A program made the position numbers and the translations under genes. A DNA stretch of 63,981 nt, filler included, from Pelomyxa schiedti (lineage: Eukaryota; Protista; Evosea), in assembly GCA_020536535.1 (NCBI GenBank). It is 8 parts of 8 records of this genome, joined end to end, with 100 filler letters (N's around TTAATTAATTAA, not from the genome) between each part and the next. Parts side by side here need not be neighbours in the genome. Positions count along the whole stretch, not along the records: positions 52,397 to 56,467 come from JAHLWZ010001646.1; positions 56,568 to 57,832 come from JAHLWZ010002639.1; positions 57,933 to 60,127 come from JAHLWZ010002081.1; positions 60,228 to 61,356 come from JAHLWZ010002793.1; positions 61,457 to 62,490 come from JAHLWZ010002963.1; positions 62,591 to 63,981 come from JAHLWZ010002544.1; 2 more parts are not named here. The stretch is one strand, 5' to 3'. The notes under the pieces are model-generated. The model worked only from the letters and a program-made list of their open reading frames with translations, searched no databases and was not told where the DNA came from. Position 1 is the first letter of the stretch. Each line of letters begins with the position of its first letter. This document shows, in pieces, positions 52,297 through 63,981 of the stretch.

Positions 52297-52396
52297 NNNN
52301 NNNNNNNNNNNNNNNNNNNNNNNNNNNNNNNNNNNNNNNNTTAATTAATTAANNNNNNNNNNNNNNNNNNNNNNNNNNNNNNNNNNNNNNNNNNNN

Positions 52397-54520
52397 CCTC
52401 AACCACCGTCACCGGGCAGGGCACCATCGCATCCGCTCTTCCCCTTGTTTCTGGTGGGTGGAAGATTATCACGTTGTAGCCCACAACTTGTTCTATTTGG
52501 ATCTGATCAAGGAGGGGAGGAGGTTGGTCCCACTGGACTGTGATTATTGTTGTTGGTGCATCAGTGCCTGATGGTGACCTTGTGCACAATGGGGCCCTGC
52601 CACCACTGGGTGTGTTTGGCACCCTTCCTTTGGTCACAGCCCCAAACCCCCTGATCATCCCAATCACCTCGTCGCGTGGTCCGCTCCTGCATATGATTCC
52701 CTTGGATTGCTCACATGGTTCAAGTCTCTGTGTGTCCTGTGTGAATAGGGAGATGGAAGACCAACCCGAGTGTGAGCACAGAAATGGTGCAGCAGTTATG
52801 AGGATAACACACCAGGAGCAAGGGTTTGTCCAAGAGGAAGGAAGAAAGGACCGAGTGCGCTTGGAGCACTTCCAGTGGTAACTGTTGATTAGCCTGATGC
52901 TGTTGGGCAACTTGATTTGCCTTGGAAATCAGAGCTTGGTGGTTCTTCACAACGGTCTCCAATGAGTTGCACTGCACTCCCAGGTTGTGTGCTGTCAGGG
53001 TGCGATGTTAAAAGGGTTGTTTAATAGTTGGAAGTCATGGAACTCATTGTATCAGAGAGTGACTGTGACATTTCGTTGATCTCCTTGCATCTGGTCTCAA
53101 CAGCGCTCTGAATCAACTGCAAATCGGCTAGAATTGACATGCAACCGTCGGTTATCACCTGTGTGGTTTGCATAAAGGAACCAGAAATTCAGTGGTTGGA
53201 AAAAGTGTGCAACTTAAACCTTTGGCACTGACAACTGCTCTGCATTGACTTTTGAAATAGCCTCAGCTTCTTTTTCAGAAATATCACTCATTTCCTTGCT
53301 GAGTCCTGCTTTTTGTTTTTGGCTTGCAATTGAGTGGATGCACTCGATTGTTATTCCGAATTGTTATGTTGAATGTAGTGAGTGAAAAGGCAAGGAAGGT
53401 ACACACTTTTGAGTTCAGACACTTTCTGGGCAATGCTCTCAACCAATGGAATACTTGTGTGGCCAGAGTGACTTTTTGTTTTCTCACATAAATAGCAGAT
53501 TGGCACACCGCATGAGCACATCAAATCTCGTTCCTTGTTTGGGTGATGTTGACACATTGTAGTCGTTGCTGGAGAGCCCTTTTTCACTGCACCTTGTGGA
53601 ATTTCTGTGGCCTGACGTAATTGTTAGTATCATGAATTGACATGTTAGTTCAGAAAAAAAAGACCACCTGGTGTGATCGTAAGGTGCCCCTTTGGTGGTG
53701 CTGCCTGAAACAAGGTCCACAAAATAGCATTCCGTGGCATGAGAGGCATTTGCACGTGGCTGGTGATGGTGAACCTGTGGGTTCCTCACAGCAGTATTGT
53801 GGCTCACACTGTGTTGACTTAACCTGTTTTATGTTGATTGTTGTTTTTCGAAATGGTTGGTTGCCGAAAAACAAGTCGAAAACTACAGCACACCAATTCA
53901 GCTTTTCTGGACTCAATGAAGGACATTGCCACGGTGTTTGGTTTCAAGTTGTCACCTGACGTCGTTATCCTCGTTGTCGTCGTGCACCGGAACGGGCACC
54001 TGATATCGACTAGGTCGCGTGTGAGTGTGTGCGATGTCACCAACAAACCAAACAGCAGAGAAATGAGGTGTGTGTTATTCGCTGTGGGTGCGTGTGATGG
54101 AGACACACCAGTTGCGTCGGGTGAGCAGCAGCCCCACTGACACCCAGTCGACGACGACGACGACGACGACGAGGAGGAGGTGCCGCACGGCGACGAAGCC
54201 GTGGACGTCAGTGGCCGGGGTGCGTTTGTCTGGCCTGGCCCCGGCATCGTGCCAACTGCCCGGCTCGTCGCCTGGCCCGTCGTCGGCGGCGCAGTTGTGG
54301 CAGCCATTGCTGCGGCTGCGGGTGCAGCCACCGGTGGCAAGCGAGCGAGCCTGGCGGCGGCCACGAGCGTGGTGAGGGCGCAGGAGCGGCAGACGGTGTG
54401 GCCGCACTCGAGGTACACTGGGTCGCGGTACGTGTCCATGCACACCCAGCACAAAACGTCATCACCGCCGCCAACACCCTCGTCGACACCGATCCCACGC
54501 GTGTTGTTGTTTGCTGCCAT
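52397..54520 (-). CDS. TRIM-like E3 ligase: RING - B-box1 - B-box2 - coiled coil - FN3-like (3'-truncated)
   Basis: CWVCMDTYRDPVYLECGHTVCRSC..IRCPFRC; CEPQYC..CLSCHGMLFCGPCFRQHH..LRSHQ; MCQHHPNKERDLMCSCGVPICYLCEKTKSHSGH; ITVQWDQPP..VVGYNV. Confidence 0.85.
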
Positions 54521-54940
54521 CAACCTCCGGGTTCGTGCAACTTGGGTAGATTTTCGAAAACGATGTGCCCACCTCCTGCCGGCGTGCAACTCCTGCTGGA
54601 TTTTTTGGGGAGCGAACCGTTGGGGCACTGGTTACTTTAACTTACTTTTGCCGGGGCCAGTACGCTCAGGTCTGTACCCCTCCTGCATACAAACAGTCAG
54701 TTCCAATGACGTGGACAGAGGAAATAAACCTACTTGGAACTAAGGGTGGATGAAGACGATGAGAACGAGGAGACAGAGGACGTGGTGGGATTATGGGATA
54801 CCGCGGGAACGCGATGCGTGGGCGCTATTTTTTGGGTTCTTAAGCTAATAATAGATTGAATAGAGCCTCTTCAACGGGACAAATCACAAAACTACTTTGG
54901 TGTTTAATGAATCAGCCCCAGTGGGGGAATAATATTAATA

Positions 54941-55820
54941 TCAGGAGGCAAAGAGCTGGGTGAAGAACCAATTGCCACCTCTTGATAGGAACAATCCAAT
55001 TCCACAGAAGTCAAATGAGCCTTCAAGGTTGCGCCTGTGCCCTGGTGACTTGATCCAAGCCTTGACTGCTCTCTGCATTTTGGTGTTGGTTGAGTTCACA
55101 ATTGAATATTCACAATCGGTCGTATTCTAGAATCGCATGGGAAGGGGTGTGGAAATAAGGATGCCCATTGCATACATAGCAAACATCTTGGCTCGAATCA
55201 GGAATCATTGCAACATTCTCTGCAGACCTGCGTGAGTGGAACGGGAACTGCTTTACCCTGTCATCAAACCCATCGTGTCCCAGGGGCACTTTACCATCTG
55301 CCATTCCTATTTCGGAGAAGTGAGAGTGATACAAAGGATTTTTACATTTGTGCATTTGTGGCACATACTGATGCTGTGATCTTGCCCAATTGAAGCCAGA
55401 GCATGGTGCCACACCATGGGCTTCATTCCCAGCTTCTGTCTATATTCATTTGTATGAGCCAACACCTCCAGTCCCATTCTGAGTGCTTGTCCACAAACGC
55501 CTCGACTCCTAACATCTCCTTGTGACTTTGTTGTTTTCTCCGCAAATGAACTTTGCTCAGGGCGCTTCTTTGAATCATTGTTGTGCCCAGCACTTGGATT
55601 CCCGTTGTTGTTCACTCCAAGTAATTTCAGAATTGATCGCACGGGTGCCCACTGCATTGGGTGCAACCTTGACAACACATCAGCTTTTTTGATTTTTTAA
55701 AATAAAAGAGCAGGTGAGGGAGGGAGTGTGCATTTTCTTCCTCTTTTCTCTGGATGTGTGATGCCTCCATTTTGCATGCAAGTCGGCACGTATCATGGCC
55801 AGTTGCGACTCTGTTTCCAT
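54941..55820 (-). CDS. CAP/SCP-domain protein, bacterial-type
   Basis: VLAHTNEYRQKLGMKPM..HS, LGHDGFDDR..SAENVA, AVKAWIKSPGHRRNLEG..CGIG..FFTQLFAS*. Start uncertain. Confidence 0.85.
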
Positions 55821-56116
55821 CCTCGAAACACAAAGGGGTATAAAATAACAAGGCTGATCCGTTCCTGAATAGTCATTGGGAAATCGAAATTTAAATTTTC
55901 AATTTATTGTGTACCTAAAGTACGATCGACTGCGATACGATTGTCGTGTAGGACGGTACTACAGTTCGTTTGTCATAGATGTGAGAGTACTCGTTAAGTT
56001 AACCTTGGACTTGATAATAACCTTTTGAAAATTGAAGATCGTTGATATGTGGAGGTTACTAACCTGCAAAAGACAGTGGAAATGCAAGTGAAAAGCGGTG
56101 ACCAACGAATATTAGA

Positions 56117-56467
56117 ATGCAAGCCGTTGTGTTGCCAGAGGGGAAGTCATCCATTAGCGAGTTGAAGGTTTAGCTCAGGAATAACTTCCTGCAATTCTGG
56201 TATGTTGTATGGCTTCCTAAAGAACGCGCAGGTTGTGCAAGTTCCAGCACCGCCACCTGTGAGACCTGCAGAGGCATTGGTGAGAATTAGGGCTGCTGGC
56301 TTGAATCCTGTTGATTGGAAGATTGTTGAAGGTCAACTCAAGAAGATGATTCATCATGAGTATCCACTGATCATTGGCTGGGACGCTTCTGGTATTTGCA
56401 GCTTTCCTTATATTGCTCGTACTTGCAATATGACTTTTTCTTGATTTTACTTTTTCGTAGGAGTTAT
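56117..56467 (+). CDS. MDR-family NADP-dependent (quinone) oxidoreductase, N-terminal part (3'-truncated)
   Basis: MQAVVL.. / ALVRIRAAGLNPVDWKIVEG..YPLIIGWDASG. Confidence 0.88.
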
Positions 56468-56592
56468 NNNNNNNNNNNNNNNNNNNNNNNNNNNNNNNNN
56501 NNNNNNNNNNNTTAATTAATTAANNNNNNNNNNNNNNNNNNNNNNNNNNNNNNNNNNNNNNNNNNNNCATAAGAACGTACGCTATCATAGAC

Positions 56593-57248
56593 TTATGGTC
56601 TGCTTGGAGTCTTTTTTTGTGAGTGTAGTTGGGAATAGCTGGGAATACCCCAGAGCCCTGGGAAGTGTTCACCCTCCCTCCCCTCGTTCGCCAAGTACGC
56701 TTTGCCCATAGCAATTAGTTGTTGAAGTGAAGGTGTGAGTATCAGCATCCTCTCTGGGTCCGTGATCCCTATGATCCACCACCGTGACTCAGGGGAGCTT
56801 TCAGCATAGATCAAAACCAGTTCTCCAACCTGAACGCGAACATTTGCAGGGGTTCCGGGTGTACGCCGCGTTGGGGGAATTTGAAGAGGCAAGCGTTTTC
56901 TCTTTATCTGAAGAAAAGTGAGTTTTCGTTGTAGCGCCTGGATATTTCAGCTGGCCATAGTTCCGAGACTCGGCTGCTTATGGGCTCAATATCTCTGGAG
57001 GGCACGCCTGTGAAATCGATTTGCCTCGCAACCGTCACTCTTTTCTCGTTGACCATCCCCGTTTCGTTCAGGGTTGGTTCTAGGCGTACAATCTCGCTCA
57101 TAAGGTTTTTCATTGTATTGAATGGAACCTCCTCAGGGCAAGCAATCCCATACACGGTGTACCACAAGCACTGGTAGGTCTTTTTGGCTTCTGTGCACTT
57201 CATGGCAGTGCGGAGTTCTGCTGTTGGGTAATTGAAGTGCGACTCCAT
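56593..57248 (-). CDS. Two adjacent unknown ORFs (114 and 99 aa); possibly one disrupted gene
   Basis: Protein-like composition, 11 nt apart on the same strand in different frames; no recognisable domain. Confidence 0.3.
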
Positions 57249-57932
57249 TACTGTTCTGCGAGTGCTATGAGAAAGCTATAACAGCAACGAAAAGATTGCG
57301 TCAGATCTTGCTCGAGTTGGATGTGTTTTTTATATTTTTTGGTCGTTCTGCTTAGTGTTGAGTAGTGAAATAGCAACTTACTGTGCAAATTGTCAAGCTT
57401 AAATTGTAATCAAACGAACCTTAACAACTGACTGAAGCACATTTTGTTGTAAGACTGGGAAGTGAATAGTTACACATGTAACCTTGTGCGGCTTAGAAAG
57501 AAACACAGCAGAAATAAAATTACCTGCTACAAGAAATGTCTGTCTCTTAGGCAAAAACGGGAGATGTTGCCCAGAGTGTTTTATACCCGGATTTCCCAAA
57601 CTGTTTACAATTGATTCACTTATTAGGGGTGTTTGAAAATAGTAAAAGCATACCCACATGGAGGAAATGAACTTCCAGTTTAATCGCCTTTTAGAAGGTC
57701 TTATGTATCAAGTTGCATTAATTCAAAGTTATATGATACCCTCTTCAGTGCAGCTTTGTAGTTAAACCAACATAGAAGGAATCCCCACGCAATATCCTCA
57801 AGAATAGCAAGTTTTGTTTTTCGAAACTTGGTNNNNNNNNNNNNNNNNNNNNNNNNNNNNNNNNNNNNNNNNNNNNTTAATTAATTAANNNNNNNNNNNN
57901 NNNNNNNNNNNNNNNNNNNNNNNNNNNNNNNN

Positions 57933-58767
57933 CTGTCACCCGCGATTCAAACACCAGAAAAACGTCATCACTGAATGATGAAAAGTGGGCACAGACAAGG
58001 AATCCAAGCAGGACCCATTCAAAATACCACTCAGACATCATCCCTGATGACGATGAAGATGACGATGCGTCACCTCTAACTCCAGCAACGACCTGCCACA
58101 CATGCAATCTCCCACTGTTCATCCCCACAACCCACTTCCTGTTGCAATACAGTGGATGGCATGGGGTCTCCAGCGACGAAACCCTCTTCAGTGCCTCCCC
58201 GTCGGCGCCACCCACTTCTTCAATGGCATATTCATTCAGAGGAGAATCACTGATGAAGAGCGACTGATACAGTATCCTGTTGCTTCCCACAGACCCAATC
58301 ACAGCACATGGGGTGTTGAACCAAGAGTGCCTGACGATCCCCAGTGTCGGTGACACGCTCACAAACAAGAAGTGGTCCAAGATTGGGAGCCTGAACACAG
58401 CCTCTTCCGACGGCCTGAGGACCCATTCCTCAGCCCACGCCCTGAACACAACCGTCGAAAGTATCCACTTCACCATCGACGGCGGTGGTGGTGGTCGCCC
58501 GACGGAATGGATGATGGGATGAGCGGAAGCAGCTGCTGGTGGTGTCGTTGCCCCGACCTCGTCGGCGTCGTTGTCGTTGTTGTTGTTGTTGTTTTTGCTG
58601 CTGCTGCTGGTTGTTGTTCTTCTTATTTCGGTGATTGGCGCGCAAATGATGGCCATGACCTGTGATGTTGCCGTTGTTGGCGTCGCAGGCGGTGCGGTTT
58701 TTGTTTTTGGTTTTCTTTCTTGTTGGGAGCCCCGTTGTCGCGGTTGAGACGAGTGGTTATGTCCCAT
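57933..58767 (-). CDS. Lineage-specific family protein with possible N-myristoylation start (3'-truncated)
   Basis: MGHNHSS; SQVMAIIC; RAWAEEWV; FVSVSPTLGIV; CNRKWVVG; LHVWQV. Confidence 0.7.
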
Positions 58768-59720
58768 GGGGTGGCACGTGTCCTTGTTTTTTTTTTGTTT
58801 TTTTTCTAACAGTTCCACACACACCACAGTGTGTTTTTGATTGTGATTTTAAAATTACATGAGGAAGCAAGGGGAAACTTGGCTTGTGTGAATCAGAGGT
58901 TCTGAACACCTCAGAGACACGGCGGAGGTCTGTTCTATCCACAGTGGGGCGCTCGTGCTGGCTCACAACAATCACGTGTGATGGGCCTGTGTTGAAGATC
59001 ACTCTGGAAGTGCGTCTGCCAACTTGTTGTCTTATCTCCTGGCCATAATGGATGGAGAGAATTTCGCTTGGTGATGCCCACAATATGTCGGTGGGATGTA
59101 GCCGCAAGGTCACCTTCCTCAAGACATGCAAGGAACAGCACGCACAGTCAATATTATCCGATAAAATGCACTCGGCATCCTGTGCAATAACTGCAAGCAC
59201 ATCACCATCTGGCGGGTCAAACGGAGGGAACCTGGCCCAACTGGGAATCCCCAGATACCATCTCCCCAAGACACATTGCAGCTGCCAACGGATGCGCGGT
59301 TTTCAATCCTCCAAATCACAAGGTGTGAGGAACCAACACCATCCACTTGCTGTTGCACCTGTAACACGGAGGGCACACTGCTGGCAGGCTGTTGCCAATC
59401 AATCGCACCAGGGGCTCACATGGCCCACTTGACCCACAGTCGCTGTCATCACCACAACCACCAACAGCAGGACCTGGTCCCAGGGATGCAACGAGGGTCG
59501 GCGACAGACCCATGCACACATCGACCCCTGACCTCCTCGCTCCCCCATGAACGAAACCGGTCCAATCACCCACACCATACGCAGCCTCATCAGGGCCACA
59601 GAGGTGAACAGTGACAGCCACAGTCCTGCACCACCCACTTCTTTCCCAGTTCGTCGGCCACCACGTTTGGGTTGCGCTCCCCGGGCTGCCCCATCGACGG
59701 TCTGCCTGGGCTGCGGACTT
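58757..59720 (-). pseudogene. Frame-disrupted (or intron-rescued) member of the same family
   Basis: Family motifs are spread over three frames: GLSPTLV..CNSKWMV, then LVIWRI, then WARFPPFDPPDGDVLAVI. Confidence 0.55.
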
Positions 59721-60227
59721 CCCGCCAACTTGGAGGCCCCGGGGTGGAACCACGCACTTTTCACTTTTGGTGCGTCCACGCACCCACCAAAAATCTCTGC
59801 GCTTTTTCGCACACGCTGGTGTTTTTTTTTCTGGGCCATACTGCGACTCACCACTTTCAAACTGTGACTCCCCACAAAACAGTCGTTTTGGCATTTTACC
59901 CCAAGTCCCGATAACGAAAATGACTGCGTTCCGGTCCGTTGATTATTTTATGCAATAAAATAAAGCCAAGCGTGGTTGTTACAAATTGGAGTAAACCCAG
60001 TCCAGACCCTCAGTGACTCCGGTTCCGGAAACTGCAGATGTGGGTTGAATGATCCACTTCCTGTTTTTGTATCTGTGCATTCCGAGCATGTCGGCGAGCT
60101 CATCCTTGTTCACACCGCCTGGCAAGTNNNNNNNNNNNNNNNNNNNNNNNNNNNNNNNNNNNNNNNNNNNNTTAATTAATTAANNNNNNNNNNNNNNNNN
60201 NNNNNNNNNNNNNNNNNNNNNNNNNNN

Positions 60228-60309
60228 CGTACCGAGCGTGGCGCGAGGCGAACCCCGCGACGACGTCTGCTTCTGTGCTGGGGCTGTCGCGGCTGCCCAC
60301 CCCGCCCAT
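60228..60309 (-). CDS. 5' fragment of a possible N-myristoylated protein (MGGVGS..)
   Basis: MGxxxS start in a GC-rich exon that runs into the contig end. Confidence 0.3.
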
Positions 60310-62590
60310 CACGACGCCCGAGGGCACACGAGCACAAGAAACCACGACAACAACAACAACAACCAACGGAGGAGAAGGAGCAGGGACCGGCGGCGATGGG
60401 GACCACGATGTGCTGGTGGACGCCAAGAGAGTCGTCGAGGGCGGCACCGCTGCGAACGTCGACGATGATAAGCTAAGGTTAGTATCTTTGAGTTGTTGCT
60501 GTTGGTGGTTGTGGCGTTGGTTGGCTTCACTTTAGCAACTGAACACACACACAGGGACGACTCGGATGATGATGTTGCCAACGCTGACTGAGGACAACAG
60601 ATACGAGACAGTAGATCAACCAAAAAAGTCTTGCATCTTCGTTGTCCCTTGTCTCCTTTTTTTTCGAAAATTGGTGTATGAGAGGGAGTGCGGGGGTGAA
60701 AGGCCCACTTCCTTTTCTAGAGATAATATCCAATGGGTACCTGCGCAGTCTCAAACAACCAACCTACTCTTGATAGTGCGCTAAGCACTGACCCTCCAGA
60801 GATTGGTGGTTATCAGAAATCTGCTCTTTTTTTTTTTTCCTTTTGAAAAACCACTTATGGTGAAAGTTGTGTTGTTTATTGATTTAATATTAGGGGGAAG
60901 TCAAGCAGCCCTGTTAAGTGTTCTCGTACCCAAAAGGGTCAATGTAGTATCTGTTGTTCTCTTGAGCACAATAAGACACAATGCCCTGAAAACCCTGCAA
61001 ACCAAGTGCAACCACAATGCACTCAAACTTCATCTCAGCTTTTTCTTGATTTGATTGAAACTGTTGCTGAAAAACTCTGGGTACCAGCAACATATATTGA
61101 CATTCTTCTTAACTGATTTGCAAAGGGTATCATGTTCTGGCTAACTGTGCTTCTAGTTGCCCACATTTATTATGGACCCAGTGTCTCCATCAAGGAATTG
61201 GAAAATGGCAAACTAAAGTGCTTTATCAAAAAAAAGTGATCTCCCCTCAAAGTTTGATAAGTGATTTTCACAGGCAGCACACCTGATGGCTCTTTCATAT
61301 TATGCCAAAGTTGCAGCAAATTGAAAGAAGAAGATCATTAACATCCTCACAAATATNNNNNNNNNNNNNNNNNNNNNNNNNNNNNNNNNNNNNNNNNNNN
61401 TTAATTAATTAANNNNNNNNNNNNNNNNNNNNNNNNNNNNNNNNNNNNNNNNNNNNTTGCCCTTCCTAATTATTATGCAGGTATGGGAGAAGGCAGCAGA
61501 GATGAAAGCCTACTGTTTATTTCAGTCCGGCTCCATACATCCTAGCCTCTCCTCACTCCTTCCTGACCTCTTATTCTTTGCCTTCCGGCTCTTTTAGCTC
61601 CTTTATCACCTCTCCTGGCTTGTACTTAGTGCCCCTCCTGCCCCATAATGGTGCTCCCAATACATACTTGGGGATGACAAGGTAACACATGATTATAAAA
61701 CCGAACTTTCTCTTCCTTTTCCAGTGGGTCTTTCAAAGAAAAAAATCTATGGCTCCAATATCTCCCACGCTTCCGTCTAGAAAAGGCCCAGGCTGCACAA
61801 CTCCTATGGCCACAATGACCTTGATCTAAACTGGTATGAATACAACAAGATAATAGATGATTGGCAGTACCTGGCCCTACAGGGAGATGCCCCACAGTGG
61901 TGCTGTAGAAAAGTGCCCCAGAATGAGGGACAGACCACAGAATACCCAGGATACAATCAAAGAAGCCACAAGGAAAGTGCCACCAACAGAACCAAGACCC
62001 AGAATTCCGCTGCATACAATTCAGTCCCTGCCGGCCCCTCTATGAACACCCCTGGGTCCCCTGGTGCCTCCGCGGCTGCTTGATCTCCCCCAATCTCACC
62101 TTTATCACCATCCCTCTGCTGCTCTGGTTCACCCTGCCCGTGTTCTCCTCTTAAAGGGAGTCCACAAAAGAAGAGGCCTGAGCCTAGGTTAAAGGAAAGG
62201 ATGGTGGATATCTTTAAAGGTGTGCAAATTCGGCTGCCTATTTCTGGATCAGTAAAGGAATACAGGTGCCACTAGGCGCCATCATAATTATATTCACCTG
62301 ATGAAACTGAAAAGACTCCAATGTGGGCCGCAATAGAGCAAACCCCCAGAATCTACCCCGTGTAGATTCTGTGCGCCGGTTGTTGCCTCTTATCTGTTTA
62401 CGTTAACAACCCTCCCTTGTATGTCGGCGTCGTCGATGCAGGAAACTACTGCTCCTGGATACGGGCTTATTCCCCACCCATGCGCAATAGNNNNNNNNNN
62501 NNNNNNNNNNNNNNNNNNNNNNNNNNNNNNNNNNTTAATTAATTAANNNNNNNNNNNNNNNNNNNNNNNNNNNNNNNNNNNNNNNNNNNN

Positions 62591-63153
62591 GCCATGTTTG
62601 ATCTCATGGTTTCAAAAGCAACATCATCGGCAACACCCTCTCATCAATATTCCATTCAGCAACGTAATCACACTCCAGAATCATCAACACCGACGGGGCG
62701 CTATGCTGCTGCTGATGGTCCAGGATGCACGGCCACCACGACGCTCGTCGCTGGGACAATACAAGCCTATGTTTCCTCGGTGGTGGTGGTGAACAACAAC
62801 AGGCACAACAGCCTCAGCATCGTTTGCATGGAGTGTGATGAGAGGCCACCAAACGTGCAGTTGCAGCCTTGTGGTCACATCGTCCTGTGCTCCCAGGTTT
62901 GTCTGTGTGTGTCTGTACTCTTTCTTTTTTTTTTTTTTGCAGTCTGTTCGTCCATTTACTCAAAACAACAAAACAAAACAAAACAACAAAACAACAAAAC
63001 AACAAAACAACAAAACAACAAAACAACAAAACAACAAAACAACAAAACAACAAAACAACAAAACAACAAAACAACAACACACAGTGTGCCACAGTCATGA
63101 AGAAGTGCCCTGAATGCCGTGCAATCATCAAGGACAAAATTAATTTGTTGTGA
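62591..63153 (+). CDS. C-terminal C3HC4 RING (IAP/Mdm2-type) protein, probably 5'-truncated
   Basis: CMECDERPPNVQLQPCGHIVLCSQ / CATVMKKCPECRAII, joined by intron 62897-63084. Confidence 0.85.
62961..63078. repeat. (AAAACAAC)n octamer microsatellite inside the RING-gene intron
   Basis: Directly visible tandem repeat. Confidence 0.95.
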
Positions 63154-63981
63154 ATGTGAAGCCAACCCATAAAACTGTTCTTCTTCAAAACGGAATTCCT
63201 CTCAACTCAAAACAGGTCCAGCAGTCACACCTGAACAGGTCGTCGCTGCCTTTCTGGTAGTCATGTGGAGGCGGGAGCCAGTGGAGTAGTGTGTGGGTGC
63301 GCAGCAGGAGCGAGAGAGCGAGAGTAAGGGGTGTCAGTGCCGAGGTGAAGTGGGTGGAAAGCCTGACATTGCACTCTGTTCGTCCCCTGCATACATAAGT
63401 TCCTCATTGAGCAAAGATAAAAAACCAATACCCGTTCCCCGAAAGCCATCAAGAAGCAAGCCAAGTCAGAGGGTCTCAGGCTGCAAGTCAAATGAGAGGA
63501 AACAAATGTAATCCTGGTGGTCCCGTCCCGTTTGGAGCTAATCGACGTGATGATGTGGACTACTACACTGCACTTTCCACGGATTGCCTTCGCACTTGGG
63601 CCGACGATTGCGACACCAATCGAGAGCGTACCACCTGTCATTGAAACTCATCCTCGGCCCAAGGTGTGTGCCTGCCCATCATCATGTAATGGACCACGGC
63701 AGCACAAACAACAACAACAACGAACAACAACAACAAACCAGTGAAGTGGTTGTTCCTTGGCAGCGTCGCAACGACAACAACCAACACAACCACCAACAAA
63801 ACCACCAGCACCAACACCAGCACAACCAGCGCCGGTGTCAGCAGCACTTGGGCACATGGCGTGGTATTGCCTGGTGCTGACGGATCCAAGGCTGCTGGAG
63901 CCCCTGTGGCCACTTGAGGTGTCTGTGGCTGACAAGTTCTGTGTCGCCGCGAAGCATCACCCGCTGCCGATACATCAATGG

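Noticed and set aside
51333-52348. Protein repeat (FPCRLTDGWE or PAISEAARE) in short ORFs
   Set aside because: Most repeat spacings are not multiples of three and stop codons interrupt the frames.
61457-62490. Retroelement remnant
   Set aside because: Only short broken ORFs; no RT, RNase H, integrase or gag motif recognised.
25562-62590. Recurrent TTAATTAATTAA motif
   Set aside because: Artificial linker between concatenated contigs; gene neighbourhoods across linkers are meaningless.
63261-63981. Further gene or family pseudogene after the RING gene
   Set aside because: Low-complexity ORFs on both strands, no supportable frame, and truncated by the window end.

Overview
Eukaryotic, intron-rich protist DNA: short (about 40-70 nt) GT-AG introns, GC-rich low-complexity first exons, standard genetic code. 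The gene content and an expanded HPRCG/VSPxL/CNxKW protein family suggest an amoebozoan, probably an archamoeba such as Pelomyxa; this is an inference. The window is not contiguous. It is eight contigs or scaffolds joined by artificial N44-TTAATTAATTAA-N44 linkers, plus one 100-N gap with duplicated flanks. Recognisable genes are an RPEL-RhoGAP, mRNA cap N7-methyltransferase, a Slo/BK-like K+ channel, PNO1, a secreted clan-D-like glycosidase, two tandem bacterial-type (class IIIb) receptor adenylyl cyclases, TAF9, an LRR-Ras fusion, a SHOCT/Zn-finger protein, an arrestin-domain protein, a multi-TM TPR/PAS cyclase, an MFS transporter, COG6, a TRIM-like E3, a CAP protein, an MDR oxidoreductase and a RING protein. 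The most unusual element is a non-coding array at 51271-52296. It holds nine copies of a hairpin with a near-invariant apical stem-loop and co-varying outer stems that pair fully only on the minus strand (G-U wobbles), inside an apparent 761-bp higher-order repeat. It is a candidate undescribed structured-RNA (or ssDNA) system. Gene boundaries were spliced by eye and are approximate.
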